DNA from: Octopus sinensis | Taxonomy: Eukaryota | Assembly: GCF_006345805.1 (NCBI RefSeq) | Contig: NC_042999.1 | Location: 21,142,001 to 21,206,000 of the forward strand | Length of the DNA stretch: 64,000 bases | Direction: 5' to 3' | Shown here: positions 26,501 to 39,955 of the stretch, piece after piece | Layout of the letters: each line of letters begins with the position of its first letter | Position numbering within the stretch: position 1 is the first letter of the stretch | Program-made: the position numbers and the translations under genes | The notes under the pieces: generated by a model | The model's database searches: none | What the model saw: the letters and a program-made list of their open reading frames with translations, nothing else | Told to the model about the DNA's origin: nothing

Positions 26501-27082
26501 ATTTCTACACTTGGCACAAGGCCTGAAATTTTGGGGAAGGGGCCAGTCGATTAGATCGATCCCAGTATGCAACTGGTACTTGATTTATCGACCCCGAAAT
26601 GGATGAAAGGCAAAGTCCACCTCGGCGGAATTTGAACTCGGAACGTAACGGCAGACGAAATACCTATTTCTTTACTACCAACAAGGGGCCAAACACAGAG
26701 AAGACAAACAAGAACAGACAGACTGATTAAGTCGATTACATCGACCCCAGTGCGTAACTGGTACTTAATTTATCGACCCCGAAAGGATGAAAGGCAAAGT
26801 CGATCTCAGTGGAATTTGAACTCAAAACGTAGCGGCAAACGAAATACCTATTTCTTTACTTCCCGCAAGGAGCTAAACACAGGGAGGACAAACAAGAACA
26901 GACATAGGTATTAAGTCGATTACATCGACCCCAGTGCGTAACTGGTACTTAATTTATCGTCCCCGAATGGATGAAAAGCAAAGTCGACCTCGGCGGAACT
27001 TTGAAATCAGAACGTAACGGCAGATGAAATACTGCTAAGCATTTCGCCCGGCGCACTAACGATTCTGCAAGCTCACCGCCTT
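26501..27082 (-). mobile_element. SINE family A trimer (long, long, short tail)
   Basis: Junctions cgaaatacc|tatttcttt at 26664/5 and 26848/9; 184-bp period. Confidence 0.95.
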
Positions 27083-28225
27083 GTTCACAGAGTTATATAG
27101 AAAAAGAAAACTCTATGAATACACCAGGATATATCTCCCTTTCAATAGTCTTTAAACTCAAAATAATTCGTTCTTTATCAAATAACTGTTCTCACATATA
27201 CCGGATTTCTATAGTTCCCACATTATATATTGGCTTATTTATATCTTGCAGTTATTTGTTTCAGCTTTTAGTAGATATATGTTGTATGTATACAATTGAA
27301 AAGTTAAAGGAACAGTCAATGAATATGAGGTTTACTGCTATTATGCCGTTGATGTGATGTCGGTCACTTAAACGCTATGGAAACTGGGTAACCGTCAATA
27401 AGTGTTCAAATTTTAGATGATGACTTTGGCGAATTTTTTTTTATCTGATGTTCATAAAAGGCACAATTCATCGCTGATTTTAGTGTTGAATATTTCTGTT
27501 GACAGAATTTGGCAATCCGCTGTGAATTAACAAATTCATATTTGTGATATATTACTGTTTATTTTCAAATGTGTACCTCTAACATTCACAACGCTTTAGT
27601 TTTCGGTATTATATAAATAGCCTTATTAATATTTATTCGTAACTATTTTATTGTATGTACAGCTGAATTCAACATAAAAGACATTGATATATTGGTGTTC
27701 TTTATGGGATAAAATATTGTTTAACTTTATAATCAATCTTACAATATTTGTACATTTTTATATATTGGCCCAACAGGCATTTGAATTGTATTCGCTTACT
27801 AATTTGATTCCGGTATAAAGGTTAAATATGACAGAAAACAACCGCTCAAATGCTTATAACTACTGTGCCTTTGTTTGCGACGTAATATACGCATTGTTAT
27901 GTAAAATGAAAACCGGGTCTGCTTAGCGTTACTTTAATATATCACGCTTAAAATTGAGCGAACAGCAATTGCATTCTCACTAAGTAAAACAAAAATAGAT
28001 TTATTGATAGTTAATGCTACAAAAAGAAATACGTTTTCTATTTTTTATATAATCCAGATTTTGTTTTCATCATAATGGATGCTTTTGTCAATTATAACTA
28101 ATATCATTACAACCTAATGTATCATGAATCCAAGATGAACGATAAAAGATGGGAAACTGCAAAAATATATGGAAGAGTGATGAAAACTATGCTACTATTT
28201 CAACGACTTTTGCTGAGAATAACCC

Positions 28226-28802
28226 TTTCTGCTATGAGCACAAGGCCTGAAATACGGATGGGGAGGGGACTAGTTGATTACGTCGATCCTAGTGTTTCAT
28301 TGCTATTTAACTTATCGACTCCGAAAGGATGAAAGTCAAATTCGACCTCGGCGTAATTTAAACACAGAACGTAGCGACTAGTGAAATACCTATTTCTTTA
28401 TTACCCACAAGGGGCTAAACACAGAGGGGACAAACAAGAACAGACATAGGTATTAAGTCGATTACATCAACCCCAGTGCTTAACTGGTACTTAATTTATC
28501 GACCCCGAAAGGATGAAAGGCAAAGTCGACCTCGGCGGAATTTGAACTCACAACGTAACGCAGAGGAAATAGCTATTTCTTTATTACCCACATGGGGCTA
28601 AACACAGAGGGGACAAACAAGGACAGACATAGGTATTAAGTCGATTACATCGACCCCAGTGCGTAACTGGTACTTAATTTATCGACCCCGAAAGGATGAA
28701 AGGCAAAGTCGACCTCGGCGGAATTTGAACTCACAACGTAACGCAGACGAAATACCGCTAAGCATTTCGCCCGGCGTGCTAACGTTTCTGCCAGCTCGCC
28801 GC
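28226..28802 (-). mobile_element. SINE family A trimer (long, long, short tail)
   Basis: Junctions at 28390/1 (gaaatacc|tatttc) and 28573/4 (gaaatagc|tatttc). Confidence 0.95.
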
Positions 28803-28827
28803 TTTACCCCAGTAGTAGTCGTAGTAG

Positions 28828-29010
28828 GGATCTTTCCACTTTGACCGGCAGATTTTAAAAATATTTGTTTTGTAACTAAACACTTTTAAACTTCGTATAC
28901 TGGTAGAATGTGTCACATAAAACATCTTTTTCTCTTGGCGTTCTTGAGAAAATTCTGTAGTTTGTAAGCTATTTGTTGTTAAATTTTCTCATATTTCGGC
29001 AATTTCAACT
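28828..29010. mobile_element. GGATC-TIR MITE, single-end fragment
   Basis: ggatctttccactttgaccggcagatttt...cttcgtatactggtagaatgtgtcac. Confidence 0.8.
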
Positions 29011-29232
29011 AACCCCAAGATTCCGTGTTCGATTCCATTCAGTGATCTGAATAATAATAATAATAAAAATAATAATAACAATAACAACATCGAAAATTAC
29101 CTTAGGAATGAGAACCCAGGTTTGGAATTTCCCCAAGACATCCGATGAAGGCTGGAGGGTGTATCAGCCGAAACATTGTGTTAACAACAAACAAGATAAG
29201 GACAATTATCTGTCAAATGTAAATAATGTACA
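29008..29232 (+). mobile_element. SINE family C (hammerhead-bearing), 5'-truncated
   Basis: gttcgattcc B-box, (AAT)n, cttaggaatgagaacccagg, mutated hammerhead motif 29137-29182. Confidence 0.85.
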
Positions 29233-29254
29233 ACATCCATGTGAGTGATTATCC

Positions 29255-29447
29255 TTTCTCCTATAGGCACAAACCCTGAGATGTTGTCGGGATTGGGCTA
29301 GTAGATTACGTCGACCCTGTGTCAACTGGTACTTATTACATCGAGCCGAAAAGTAGGAAAGACGAAGTCGAACTCAGACCGTGAAGACGGACGAAATGCC
29401 ACTAAGCAATTTGTCCGGCGTGCTACAGATGTTACAAACGCGCCGCT
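29255..29447 (-). mobile_element. SINE family A short-tail monomer, diverged
   Basis: Recognisable core and tail. Confidence 0.7.
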
Positions 29448-29618
29448 TTCAATGATAATTGACAGTAAAAAGACCATTACTATTGAGTAAAAATAGCAAA
29501 CCCCACTGAAGAACAAAAAGAAGATACAACACAGCTTGTACTCGCATGTGTCCTGAATGCATGCAATAAAATAAAACCATCGAATACGATTACTAAATTA
29601 TTAATAAAAGTTACTCAT

Positions 29619-29935
29619 AGGCGCAGGAGTGGCTGCGTGGTAAGTTGCTTGCTTACTAACCACATGGTTCAGAGTTCAGTCCCACTGCGTGGAACCTTGG
29701 GCAAGTGTCTTTTACTATAGCCTCGGGCCGATTAAAACCTTGTGAGTGGATTTGATAGACAGAAACTGAAAGAATCCCGTCGTGTATATATGGGGGGGGA
29801 GCTGTGTTTACGGCAAAACAGACTGCTAGAATAAGTACTAGGCTTACAGGGAATAGGTCCTGGGGTCGATTTGTTCGACTAAAGGCGGTGCTCCACCATG
29901 GCCTCAGTCAAATGAATGAAATAAGTAAAAGAGTA
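29619..29935 (+). mobile_element. SINE family B
   Basis: aggcgcaggagtggctgcgtggtaag...gtcaaatgaatgaaataagtaaaagag. Confidence 0.9.
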
Positions 29936-30578
29936 ACAGAATTCTAATATCATTCAAATCGTATTTTATAAAGGCGCGAGTGGAGGCAACTGGTTTTGTT
30001 ATTAATATATTCCAGTCACGATTTAATGAACCCTGGAGATATGATACACGGATTATACAATGAATAGTCCTTTGATTAAAAGCTCTAGTTATGCTAGTAT
30101 TGTATCCGCCCCACAAACAATAATGCGGTGATGAAAATTATTGAATTACAGATTTAAGCTTTTGTTGTATTATATTCGCTAATGGTAACCTTGGATTTCA
30201 TTCTTCCCTTATTGATATTGGTTATAGTAATATTCCTTGATAGCTTCGTGTAATTAACGTTATACCATAAGCCATCTCACTAAATGTCAATGAAATTAAA
30301 ATACGACAATTAGACTAAATCGACACGCTCTATGGCAAATCATTCTCTAGTGTCCAGTTAAAAGATCAATGTCGATATTAACATTACATAAACCTAGTAG
30401 TGATAGTTGTTCGAACATCATTTATGGTAAATATGCTGGTGGTGACGAAGGCCGTAATACTAATGAGGGGAATTGTAAATACAAGGATGATCGTATTTGA
30501 TGAAGGCGATGATGAAACTGAGTCCATTTTGAAACTGGAAGAGTTATCGATGCCTTCAACTACCAACAAATATTTAGA

Positions 30579-31099
30579 TGTCTTGCAAACAACTTGCACA
30601 TGCAAGTGCTACCAGTCAAAAACTCCGAATATCGGAAGCCAGCAAGTGTATGGGGTCATCAGGAGAGAATGCGCGCCGTTTCGGGGCCTACCTCTCGACG
30701 ACATCAATGCGCACCGGCCCCCTCACTGATATGAAGGCCCGCTTGCTAGATCAACTGGTTATCAAATAAAGCTCAATATTCTTCTAGCCATCGCTCATCG
30801 TCTCTTTTTAACCAATCCAGTGGCTAGCCTTTTCCAATGTCGCTTAGATATCAGTCAAGGTCGTATTGACTTTACGATGAGTTAGGCTAACGATAACAAC
30901 AGTTGTCTCACACTGTGTCCAACAAACCCTCTACATCCAACTTCGATTGGAAAATGCTCTGCTTTCCAGCCTGCGTCTTCACATTCCTCGAGGAGGTTTA
31001 CGTAGCGGTCAATCTTTCGAGTCCGAGCGGCGTCCATGTTATCTTCATGAGGAACCGTTAACTCGACTAGATTTACAACTTTCCTTCTTTCATTCACAT
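30579..31099 (-). mobile_element. 5'-truncated HERO-type (RLE) non-LTR retrotransposon with 15-bp TSD
   Basis: VNLVELTVPHEDNMDAARTRKIDRY...GWKAEHFPIEVGCRGFVG...EKASHWIWLKRDD; TSD caacaaatatttaga at 30564-30578 and 31100-31114. Confidence 0.9.
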
Positions 31100-33365
31100 C
31101 AACAAATATTTAGAAAACTTAATGAATAAGTTGCTAAGCTTTTCTAATTAATGACTATATGAAATATACTGCAAATTTGAGCAAGCGCTAGTTCTAGACA
31201 TGATTTTGTAGCCCTTATATAAAATGAATAAAAACAAATATTATTCACATTGTGCTGAATTTATCAGATCGTATGCGATAAACAAATTTGTTTAACGCTC
31301 CTCGGTACGATCGCTAACTGTAAAGGAATTTTGGTAGTTTTCAATTTTCGATCATGAGTTCAAGTCTTGTGCAGGATTTTTATTATTATTATTATATATT
31401 CTTGAATAAAGAATAGATTTCAGAGGACATTTTTACACAATGTTTAACAACAATTAAACAACATTATTTCTGAAGAAACTTACCCGTTTCAAAAAAGCTA
31501 AAAGTGAAACATTGGGAATTTGTAGCTTTTTCAAAGTGTTGAGGTGATGGGTGCATGTTGGAAAGGTAATTTTAGTTTTTCTTTAAGAAAAAAGAAAATT
31601 CTTAACGATTCGTATTGTCTGTATTTTCCTCTGTGGATTACCGAGAAACAAATTCGAAATACGTAAAAAAAAAATTAAAAAATTTGGATGGGGAGGGAGA
31701 AAATTAGAATATTGAGAACATGTTTTGGGGGGCGAAATCCTAATCTCTTGTGTTGAAAGCATAGGAATCTGAAGATATTTAGGAAATGTCACCTCGGACA
31801 TGCTAAAAACAACAGGCAAAGGACAGGATTTCTGGGAGATGTCCTTTTAAATTTGTATTGAAGATCAGGTTTTTAAATACGCTCATCATAAACACGAATT
31901 ACAGAATAGAAAAAGGCGATTTCAATTAGACTTGAGCTGTAATTTTGCGCATGCTCACAGCAAGAAATAGCATGATACATACAGAAGTTTTACCTAGAGA
32001 GAGAGTGTGTGAGTGCGAGCGTGCGCATTTGTGTGTGAATGTGTGTGCGCGCGCACGTGTATGTATGCGAGATCAAGTTATATTGTGGCATTCTTTTGTT
32101 AGAAGCAGGAAAGTTGTCAACTCAATCATATGGTCGATCATATGGGATCATATGATTGTTCGTTAATTTCCGTAATTTTTTATTTATTTATTTATGCTTT
32201 CAAGAGACCAAAAATTGAAAGTGAGGAAAAAGTGCTTGTGTACGTGTGTGTGAGATAGAGAGAGAGAGAGACAGAGAGACAGAGGTAGAGAGAGAAAGTG
32301 AGTGAGTAAAGGTGTGTGTTATAACCTAATATTTTCTTGCATTTATGTGTAAGGGGCACTCATTTGCTCTCTCTGCCTCTATGTCTCACTTATTATCTTT
32401 CATATACACGTACATAAATACATATGCATATATCTTTTTTGTATGTATGTGCGTGTGCATGTGAGAGAGAAAGTGAGTGATTGTATTTCCTCAAAACTTA
32501 TAGAAAAATGGGTGTCGTTTAAGATACACAATCATATTGAAAATATGTCGGCGTCGCCGTATTGGTATAAAGTGTCGTTTAGGATAGTTGAATTATAGAA
32601 ACATTATAATGTTAAATATTTGTAATGCAAATATGTAAATGAAAATAAAGTTTATTTCTTACCCGAAAGGTTACTGAATCTTTTGTTACCCCATCATACG
32701 TCAAAATCGGCAACTCTGTTTTCGAATGTATTCGGTAATTTTCGTTAAAATTTTTGTATTTTTTATACTTTGAAGAGAACAGAAATTGAAAGAGAAACGA
32801 AAGTGAAACCGTGACATTTGCTTTGAAGTGAGAGCAGAAAGTGAAAGAGAGGAGAAAGTGAAAGATATATGTACGTGTATATGAAATAGGCGTGTGTGAG
32901 TGTGTGTATGTGTGTGTGCGTGTGTGTGCGTGTGTGTGTGCGCGCGCGTGTGCACGCGTGTGTGCGTGTGCGAGAGTGAGGGAGAGAAGGAGAGAGAATG
33001 GGGGAGTGAAGGTGTGTGTTTTCATGTATGTGTAAGTGGTACTCCCCGGTCTCTCGCTCTCACACACACACATCTTTCATATACACATATATGAATATAT
33101 ATTTTTTGCATATATATATGTGCGTATGTGTGTGCATATGTGAGAGAGAGAGAGAGAGAGTGAGTGACTTATTTCGTCATAACATATAGAGAAATAGATG
33201 TCTTTATAGGTACACACACATATAGAAAATACGACGTCACTGTCGTCGTCGTGGCATAAAATGTTTACGATAGTTTACTTATAGAAAATATTATAATGTA
33301 AAGTTTTTGTATCCATGCATCAAAATCGGCAAATCAGTTTTCGAATGCATAAAGAAGATACACAC

Positions 33366-33396
<31 letters not shown>

Positions 33397-33559
33397 ATCT
33401 CTATTTTATGTACATGGAAGACGTCCCTGTCTGTCGTTCTCTCTGTCTATCTTTCACATTCCCTGTGTATCCATGTCTACCTGTCCCCTCTCCTTCCCTG
33501 ATATCAGCCACTCACATTATGCCACATGTTCCTAAACGTAACACTTTTGCACCCACTCA

Positions 33560-33770
33560 TTTTATCATGTAATGGCCCAATCTCCATGTTCGGTCCATTA
33601 TCGATTTTTATGGAAATCCAGTTAGCCTATGCTTGAACTAGATGTTAGTTCAACACGCATACAAAGTTTGGTGAAGATTGCTTCCCTGATATGGGCTACA
33701 AGATGGTGATAGACAGAGGGATTGACAGACAGAAATTCCCATTTACATATATATATATTATAAAAAATAT
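33560..33770 (-). mobile_element. Probable Helitron 5'-end relic
   Basis: Minus strand (TA)n-tgtaaatggggaatttctgtctgtc...ttcaccaaactttg resembles the 5' ends of the other Helitrons; no 3' CTAG found. Confidence 0.4.
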
Positions 33771-33771
33771 G

Positions 33772-33803
<32 letters not shown>

Positions 33804-34097
33804 ATATGCATATATGGGTACAAGACGTCACCAACAATAAACAAAATGAAATGCGAAAACAGATGAATTAAATATGCACATAACAAGAGAAAAAAGGACA
33901 AGTAATTTTAAAATGACCATTCGACAGTTATCAACTCTCTATCTACTCCCCGTTAGGAGCATATATGCATGTATATGTACATATATACATATGCACATAT
34001 ATATGACTGTATATACATATGTATTCTTTTTATCTCTGTTTAATTGTTTCAGCCATCAGACAATGGCCATGCTGGTGCACCACCTTGCAGGAGTGAC

Positions 34098-34478
34098 TGT
34101 CTGGTAAGTAGCTTGCTTACCAACCACATGGTTCCGGGTTCACCCCCACTGTATGGAACCTTGGGCAATTGTCTCCTACTATAGCCTCGGGCTAACCAAA
34201 GCCTTGTGAGTGGATTTGGCAGACGGAAACTAAAAGAATCCCGTCGTATATATATATGTGTGTGTGTGTGTGTATGTTTGTGTGTCTGTGTTTGTCCCCC
34301 AACATCGCTTGACAACCGATGCTGGTGTGTTTACGTCCCCGTAACGTAGCGGTTCGGCAAAAGAGACCGATAGAATAAGTACTAGGCTTTCAAAGAATAA
34401 GTCCTGGGGTCGATTCGCTCGACTAAAGGTGGTGCTCCAGCATGGCCGCAGTCAAATGGCTGAAACAAATAAAAGAGA
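34098..34478 (+). mobile_element. SINE family B (preceded by an inverted tail fragment 34040-34090)
   Basis: Clear homology to 55166-55583. Confidence 0.9.
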
Positions 34479-35965
34479 ATGTGTAGAGTCTTTTTTTTTC
34501 AAACCTGGTATTTCTTCTATCGGTCACTTTTGCCAAACCGCTAATTCTAGGAACGTTAATGAAACCGAAAATGCAGATTTAATAGTTTCATGATGATGAT
34601 TTTAAATAATCTCTTTGTTGCCTAATTCCTATAACAGTTTCTAGTTTCCAATTTAGTTGGTACATAACCCTGAGCAAACAATTCATTCACCATTATATGT
34701 TTTAGCTACTTCTTTTAGCAGCGTGCCGATCTTTTGTACCGTAGTAGTGCGCTTTAGTCTGAACCACTGAAAATCCAGATTATTTTCCATAAACACCACG
34801 GATACACAGAAGAGAATTTGACCCGTCGATTCATTTGCCAATTGTCAAACAAGCTGTCATTTATCAGTTAGATACAATTCTTCACAGCATTCATAATTAG
34901 TTTATACATCTTATATATGATACATGGCTTCATTCAAAACATCGACACAATCTACTGCATATATTCCGCGTATGTAAGAAACACTATTACGCTGCTTGAG
35001 CATATTTCCATGTTTCTACTTTTGCGTAATCCCGATCCTCTTATCGCTCTGGTGAGCGCCCTTGAACAACAGAGTAAATGACATATCACACAGAAACAGG
35101 ATTTACGGACTGACAATCAAACAGCTTCTATAATGCATAATATTAATATTGATGTTTAGTTACAAACAATACACATATTCGTTCGGTATATTGGAATTAA
35201 AATTGTAATACACTGGTGTATGAATATTTCTTTGAAGATGGCGCAAAAATCGCTGGAAACAATAATACCATGATATACAGAGAAACACAGATCAAAGCTA
35301 TTCATGAAATGCTAAACACACAAATATGTATGCATAAGCATTTACGTCTTTAAATTACATATAAATACTTGCTTTGAATTGTGACTTAGTCGATGTTTCC
35401 TAACAGTTGTCAACTTTACACCAATGTGAAAAAAGAGGCCCACGTTGTCATGATTTGCTCTTTCTCCGTATCATGACTACGGATTCAAGCGAAATTTCGG
35501 CTGGATATTAATGAAACTGACAGTGTATTCGACTTCCTATGTTTATCGATAAATTGTGAAATATCCTTGGGTTTCATGCCATTCTAAATGTATACTCGTA
35601 TGTTTTATTCATCTCAAAAGTATTGAGAAGATCTGAATTTTTTTATGTACCCACTCTTCGAAAAGTATAAAAATTTCGATTTAAAGATAAATAGTAATTA
35701 GTGATAATATAAAAGTATTAATCTCTACACTAATAACAGTACAGTCGTATGCATTCATTACGACATACTCGACAAAATTCTGGATGTATATAATTCAATA
35801 AATTAGTAACACTTCTATCATTTAATATTTGGATGGGCTACGATAACACAAAAACTACTTAAAATTAAATTAACAGATCCTCTTAGGTAGTGGTTTTAAG
35901 TCAGACATCGCCTGGGCTAATTTTTGGCCGAACCATATCTGAGTTATCTAAGTTCTATATAAACA

Positions 35966-36031
<66 letters not shown>

Positions 36032-36070
36032 GTATGTATGATGAACCTACAGGTTACTTGTAAGTTTAGG

Positions 36071-36395
36071 AATGTAGTGTATAGCTTAGAGTGTACTGTG
36101 TGACGGTGCAGAAACATAACAACTACCTAAATTGGAGAGACTGCACGCAGTAGAGGGGAGCGTATAGGTGCACATTGGTGAGAGCACAAAGACAAAGAAG
36201 GGGAAAGCTTGTCAGTGCTCTACCAACTTGCTCAGACAGAACAGTGTAGAGGCTAAAATACTATTGACACATAGAACTGGCACAACACTTAGACAGATCA
36301 CAGAGGCTACACACATAACATTAGACAGATCGAGCCTCAGTAGAAAACACGAATGGAGGAGGTACACCTACCAATACACCACACCACATGACTAA
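36071..36395 (+). mobile_element. Decayed Penelope GIY-YIG endonuclease fragment
   Basis: NVVYSLECTV*RC...HIGESTK...KILLTH...RQITEATHI...LSRKHEW (cf. NVVYxITCxxC..YIGET...KEAIHI...LNRKEEW). Confidence 0.6.
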
Positions 36396-37296
36396 AGACA
36401 GTAGAGATGAGACGAGAGAAGGAAAAAAGAAAAAAGAAAACCGTAAATACTACACAGAAACATGCAGGGTAATACGCACTCAATAGACATATATGTACTT
36501 AGCTATGATAATAAGAGAAATAGAGATAGATGCATAAAAAAGTAATAAGTAAATAAATAAATATATAAGTAAACAAATAAGTAAATATATGAATATATCT
36601 GCCATATAGCTGTGATAATTATAAGACATAGAGATAGATAAAATAAATAAATAAAACTATATAAAGGGCATCGATATTACAGCACTCGAGGCGAACCCAT
36701 ACACACACACAAACACACACATAAAATTTCATTGACGTCCATAGCAATGTCGACGACACAACTAACAACGTTAGCACCAGCGGTGGTGACAACGATAGCA
36801 ATAAGAACAACAACAACTACCACGATGGCAACAGCATGGGCGAACACACATACACAGAGGAATATAAGAACTGTACCATGTCTTTTTTTCGGGTTTTAGG
36901 ACAGCAGCAGCAGAGTGAGGTAAGAGGATGGGACTGAGAAGAAGACCACACTGCTATTAGAAACTATGATACATACATAAGCATGCACACAGAAATAGAC
37001 ACACACACACACACATAAACAAGGACACAAACGCATGCGTATATAAGGATACATATCTTAGAACTAAATGGCGTAAGTGGAGCAAGAACTCACACGAAAT
37101 CGAAAAGTGTCGCTGAAGAGGTAACAGAGATGTGACGAAAGATTTCCGGCCAATGGACATGATAAAATAAGAACTGTAATAAATGACTTAAGAAAAAATA
37201 TAGAAGACGTATATTTATTCGGCAAAAAAAGTGAGCACCCCGAAGTACAACAATATCAATTTTAACACGCGCTTTCCCATCGGGAATCTTGCAAAA

Positions 37297-37365
<69 letters not shown>

Positions 37366-38143
37366 AGAGTGACCACCATGTGGTCTACTCTAGCACTAAA
37401 AATAGATCCGCAAGGTTTCAGCCACAAAAGAAATTGTTTCCGTTGAAAGTTAGCACTAATACCAGCGCAAATGAACAGGGCAAATAAACATAATAAAATG
37501 TAGATTAGTTCGAGACAATTGTTTCGCTATTAATAAATTATGTGGTTTTACTTACATAAATTTACCTGTAGCTCCTCAGTAGTTTCCTGCTATTAAGATA
37601 CTTGAGTAGACATATTTATAAAATAGGCCATATATCTTAAAGCAATCTTTCTGTTTATGTATTATATCTTAAAAGCAGAAAATCAGAAGAAAAAAAAGTG
37701 GAAAGAAACACAGAAAGACGTGAAGGTAGTTGGTGCAGAAAATGGAACGGGGAAAAAGAGGCGAAATCAATAAAACTATGACTTTTGTCTTAATTTCTTG
37801 ATTTCGTTTCCTTTTTCTCGTTCCATTTTTTGCACCAAACTTCATGTCTTTCCAAATTTTTTCCTATTTTCTTAATGTCCAGCGTCCTTGTTTTTAACAC
37901 ATATGTATATAACGCATAAAAACATTGTTGGAAGATACATGGCATATTTTATAAATATGCGCCTTTAAGTATCATAATAGCCTGAAACAATTAGCAGCTC
38001 ATTCGGTTGAGTATTTATATTGATATTCATCTCTCCCTGGATGGAGTACAAATGAACACATAAATGAAATTCTATCGAAACAGGTATCATAAATTTTAAA
38101 GGATATATGTTTCCACCCTACCTCCTCTCTTTCTCTCTGTATT

Positions 38144-38182
<39 letters not shown>

Positions 38183-38184
<2 letters not shown>

Positions 38185-38572
38185 GTTGCACTCCGTCGGT
38201 TGCGACGACGTGGCTTCCAGTTGATCCGATCAAGGGAACAGCCTACTCGTGATATTAACGTGCAAGTAGCTGAGCACTCCACAGACACGTGTAACCTTAA
38301 CGTAGTTCTCGGGTTGATTCAGCTTGACACAAAGTGTGACAAAGCTGGCCCTTTGAGATACAGGTACAAAAGGAACAGGAAGAATTAGTGAAAGTTGTGG
38401 TGAAAGAGTGCAGCAGGGTTCGTCACCAAACTCTGCCGGAGTCTCGTGGAGCTTTTGGTGCTTTCGCTCAAGAAAGACTTACAATGCCCGGTCTGGAAAC
38501 CAAAACCGCGATCCTACGACAACGAGTCCACTGTCCTAACCCCTGGGTCATTGCGCCTCCACACACACACTA
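38183..38572 (-). mobile_element. SINE family D
   Basis: Homologous to the reverse complement of 23029-23383. Confidence 0.85.
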
Positions 38573-39312
38573 CACACACGTGTGTGTGCGTGTATGTTAT
38601 GTTTGACTTATGATTTTAAGATTAGGGATTTAATGCTTTCTTCACTCTCAGACTAATCTTCCAGTAACTTGTTATAAATTCTTTTGAACACCTCACTCCA
38701 CTGTAATACCACATAAATTCATGTGTGCACATGTGTATATGTATGTGTTTGTGTATGTAAGTGTGTGTGAGTGTGTGTATGAATTTTGTTTGTGTCTTTT
38801 TTCTAAGTAGGGAATAGGTAAGCATATATCTCTGTATACACAAATATAACCGATACTCTGCGCAAAAGATTGTTAAAATTGATCAGACTTCTAAAAGATT
38901 ATTTCGCGGCAGTAAATATTTTTTTCATCACATTACAATTATAATGTGCGATAGACACGTGAGAGAGAAAAAAATATCTAGACATGCTCGATAGAGATTT
39001 TTCAGAAGTTATTCCACTGTTTGAAGTTTTACTTGTGTTTCACATTGTATCACGCTGATTCCGGCTTAGATTCCTGTTAACCACATAATTTTGTATGAGA
39101 TACTCAGCCACTTAGACAGTTATTCAATAACTAGGCACTTCACATGGTCGACCAAGTGAAACATTACGTTATATTACGTATGTTTTATAGAAACAAAAAC
39201 ACATGTGCTAATACAAGTATTAAGAACACAGCATTCTCCAAGCCATTTCATACACACAGATATATCTGTATTTGTGGGAATGTGCATACACGTCTTTCTT
39301 TGCATGTCCTTT

Positions 39313-39358
<46 letters not shown>

Positions 39359-39683
39359 GAGAGGAGGAAGGAGAGATGAGTGAGATAGCATGGGAATGTA
39401 TGAGTTTTCTGGGAAACCTAAAGGGGCAATAACGTAAGCAATCCGTGCAGAATGGCTGATAAAAATGGAAAAAGAAAAAAAAAACAGATTTTTATTTACT
39501 GCGTTATTGGATTTGGCAACGGATGAGTTGAAAAATATAGAAAATGTTTAATAGAAATCAAAGGTAGACTTGTAATGCAAATCTACCGCATAGTCCAATT
39601 TAATTTGCTTTTAGTTTTAGGGTGCATGATTGCAGAACAGATGTTCAAATAAACGGTCGAACATTACGCTAGGTATATATATG

Positions 39684-39689
<6 letters not shown>

Positions 39690-39774
<85 letters not shown>

Positions 39775-39955
39775 CATATATACATACATATATATATATA
39801 CATATATATATATAAATACATATATATATATACATATATATATATACATATATATATATAACATATATATATATATATATATACATATATATATACATAT
39901 ATATATATACATATATATATGTATATATATATATATACATACATATATATATATA
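39690..39955. repeat. (AT)n/(ATAC)n microsatellite; similar tracts at 17010-17395, 43530-43840, 45715-45880, 52600-52775, 54135-54230
   Basis: Directly visible; source of the YI-repeat ORFs. Confidence 0.97.

Noticed and set aside
26501-27082. CRISPR-like array
   Set aside because: Units are ~184-bp SINE bodies without unique spacers, in a eukaryotic context.
30630-30700. CTGATGA and GAAAC words in the HERO 3'UTR (minus strand) as a hammerhead
   Set aside because: The flanking segments that would form helix II are not complementary.
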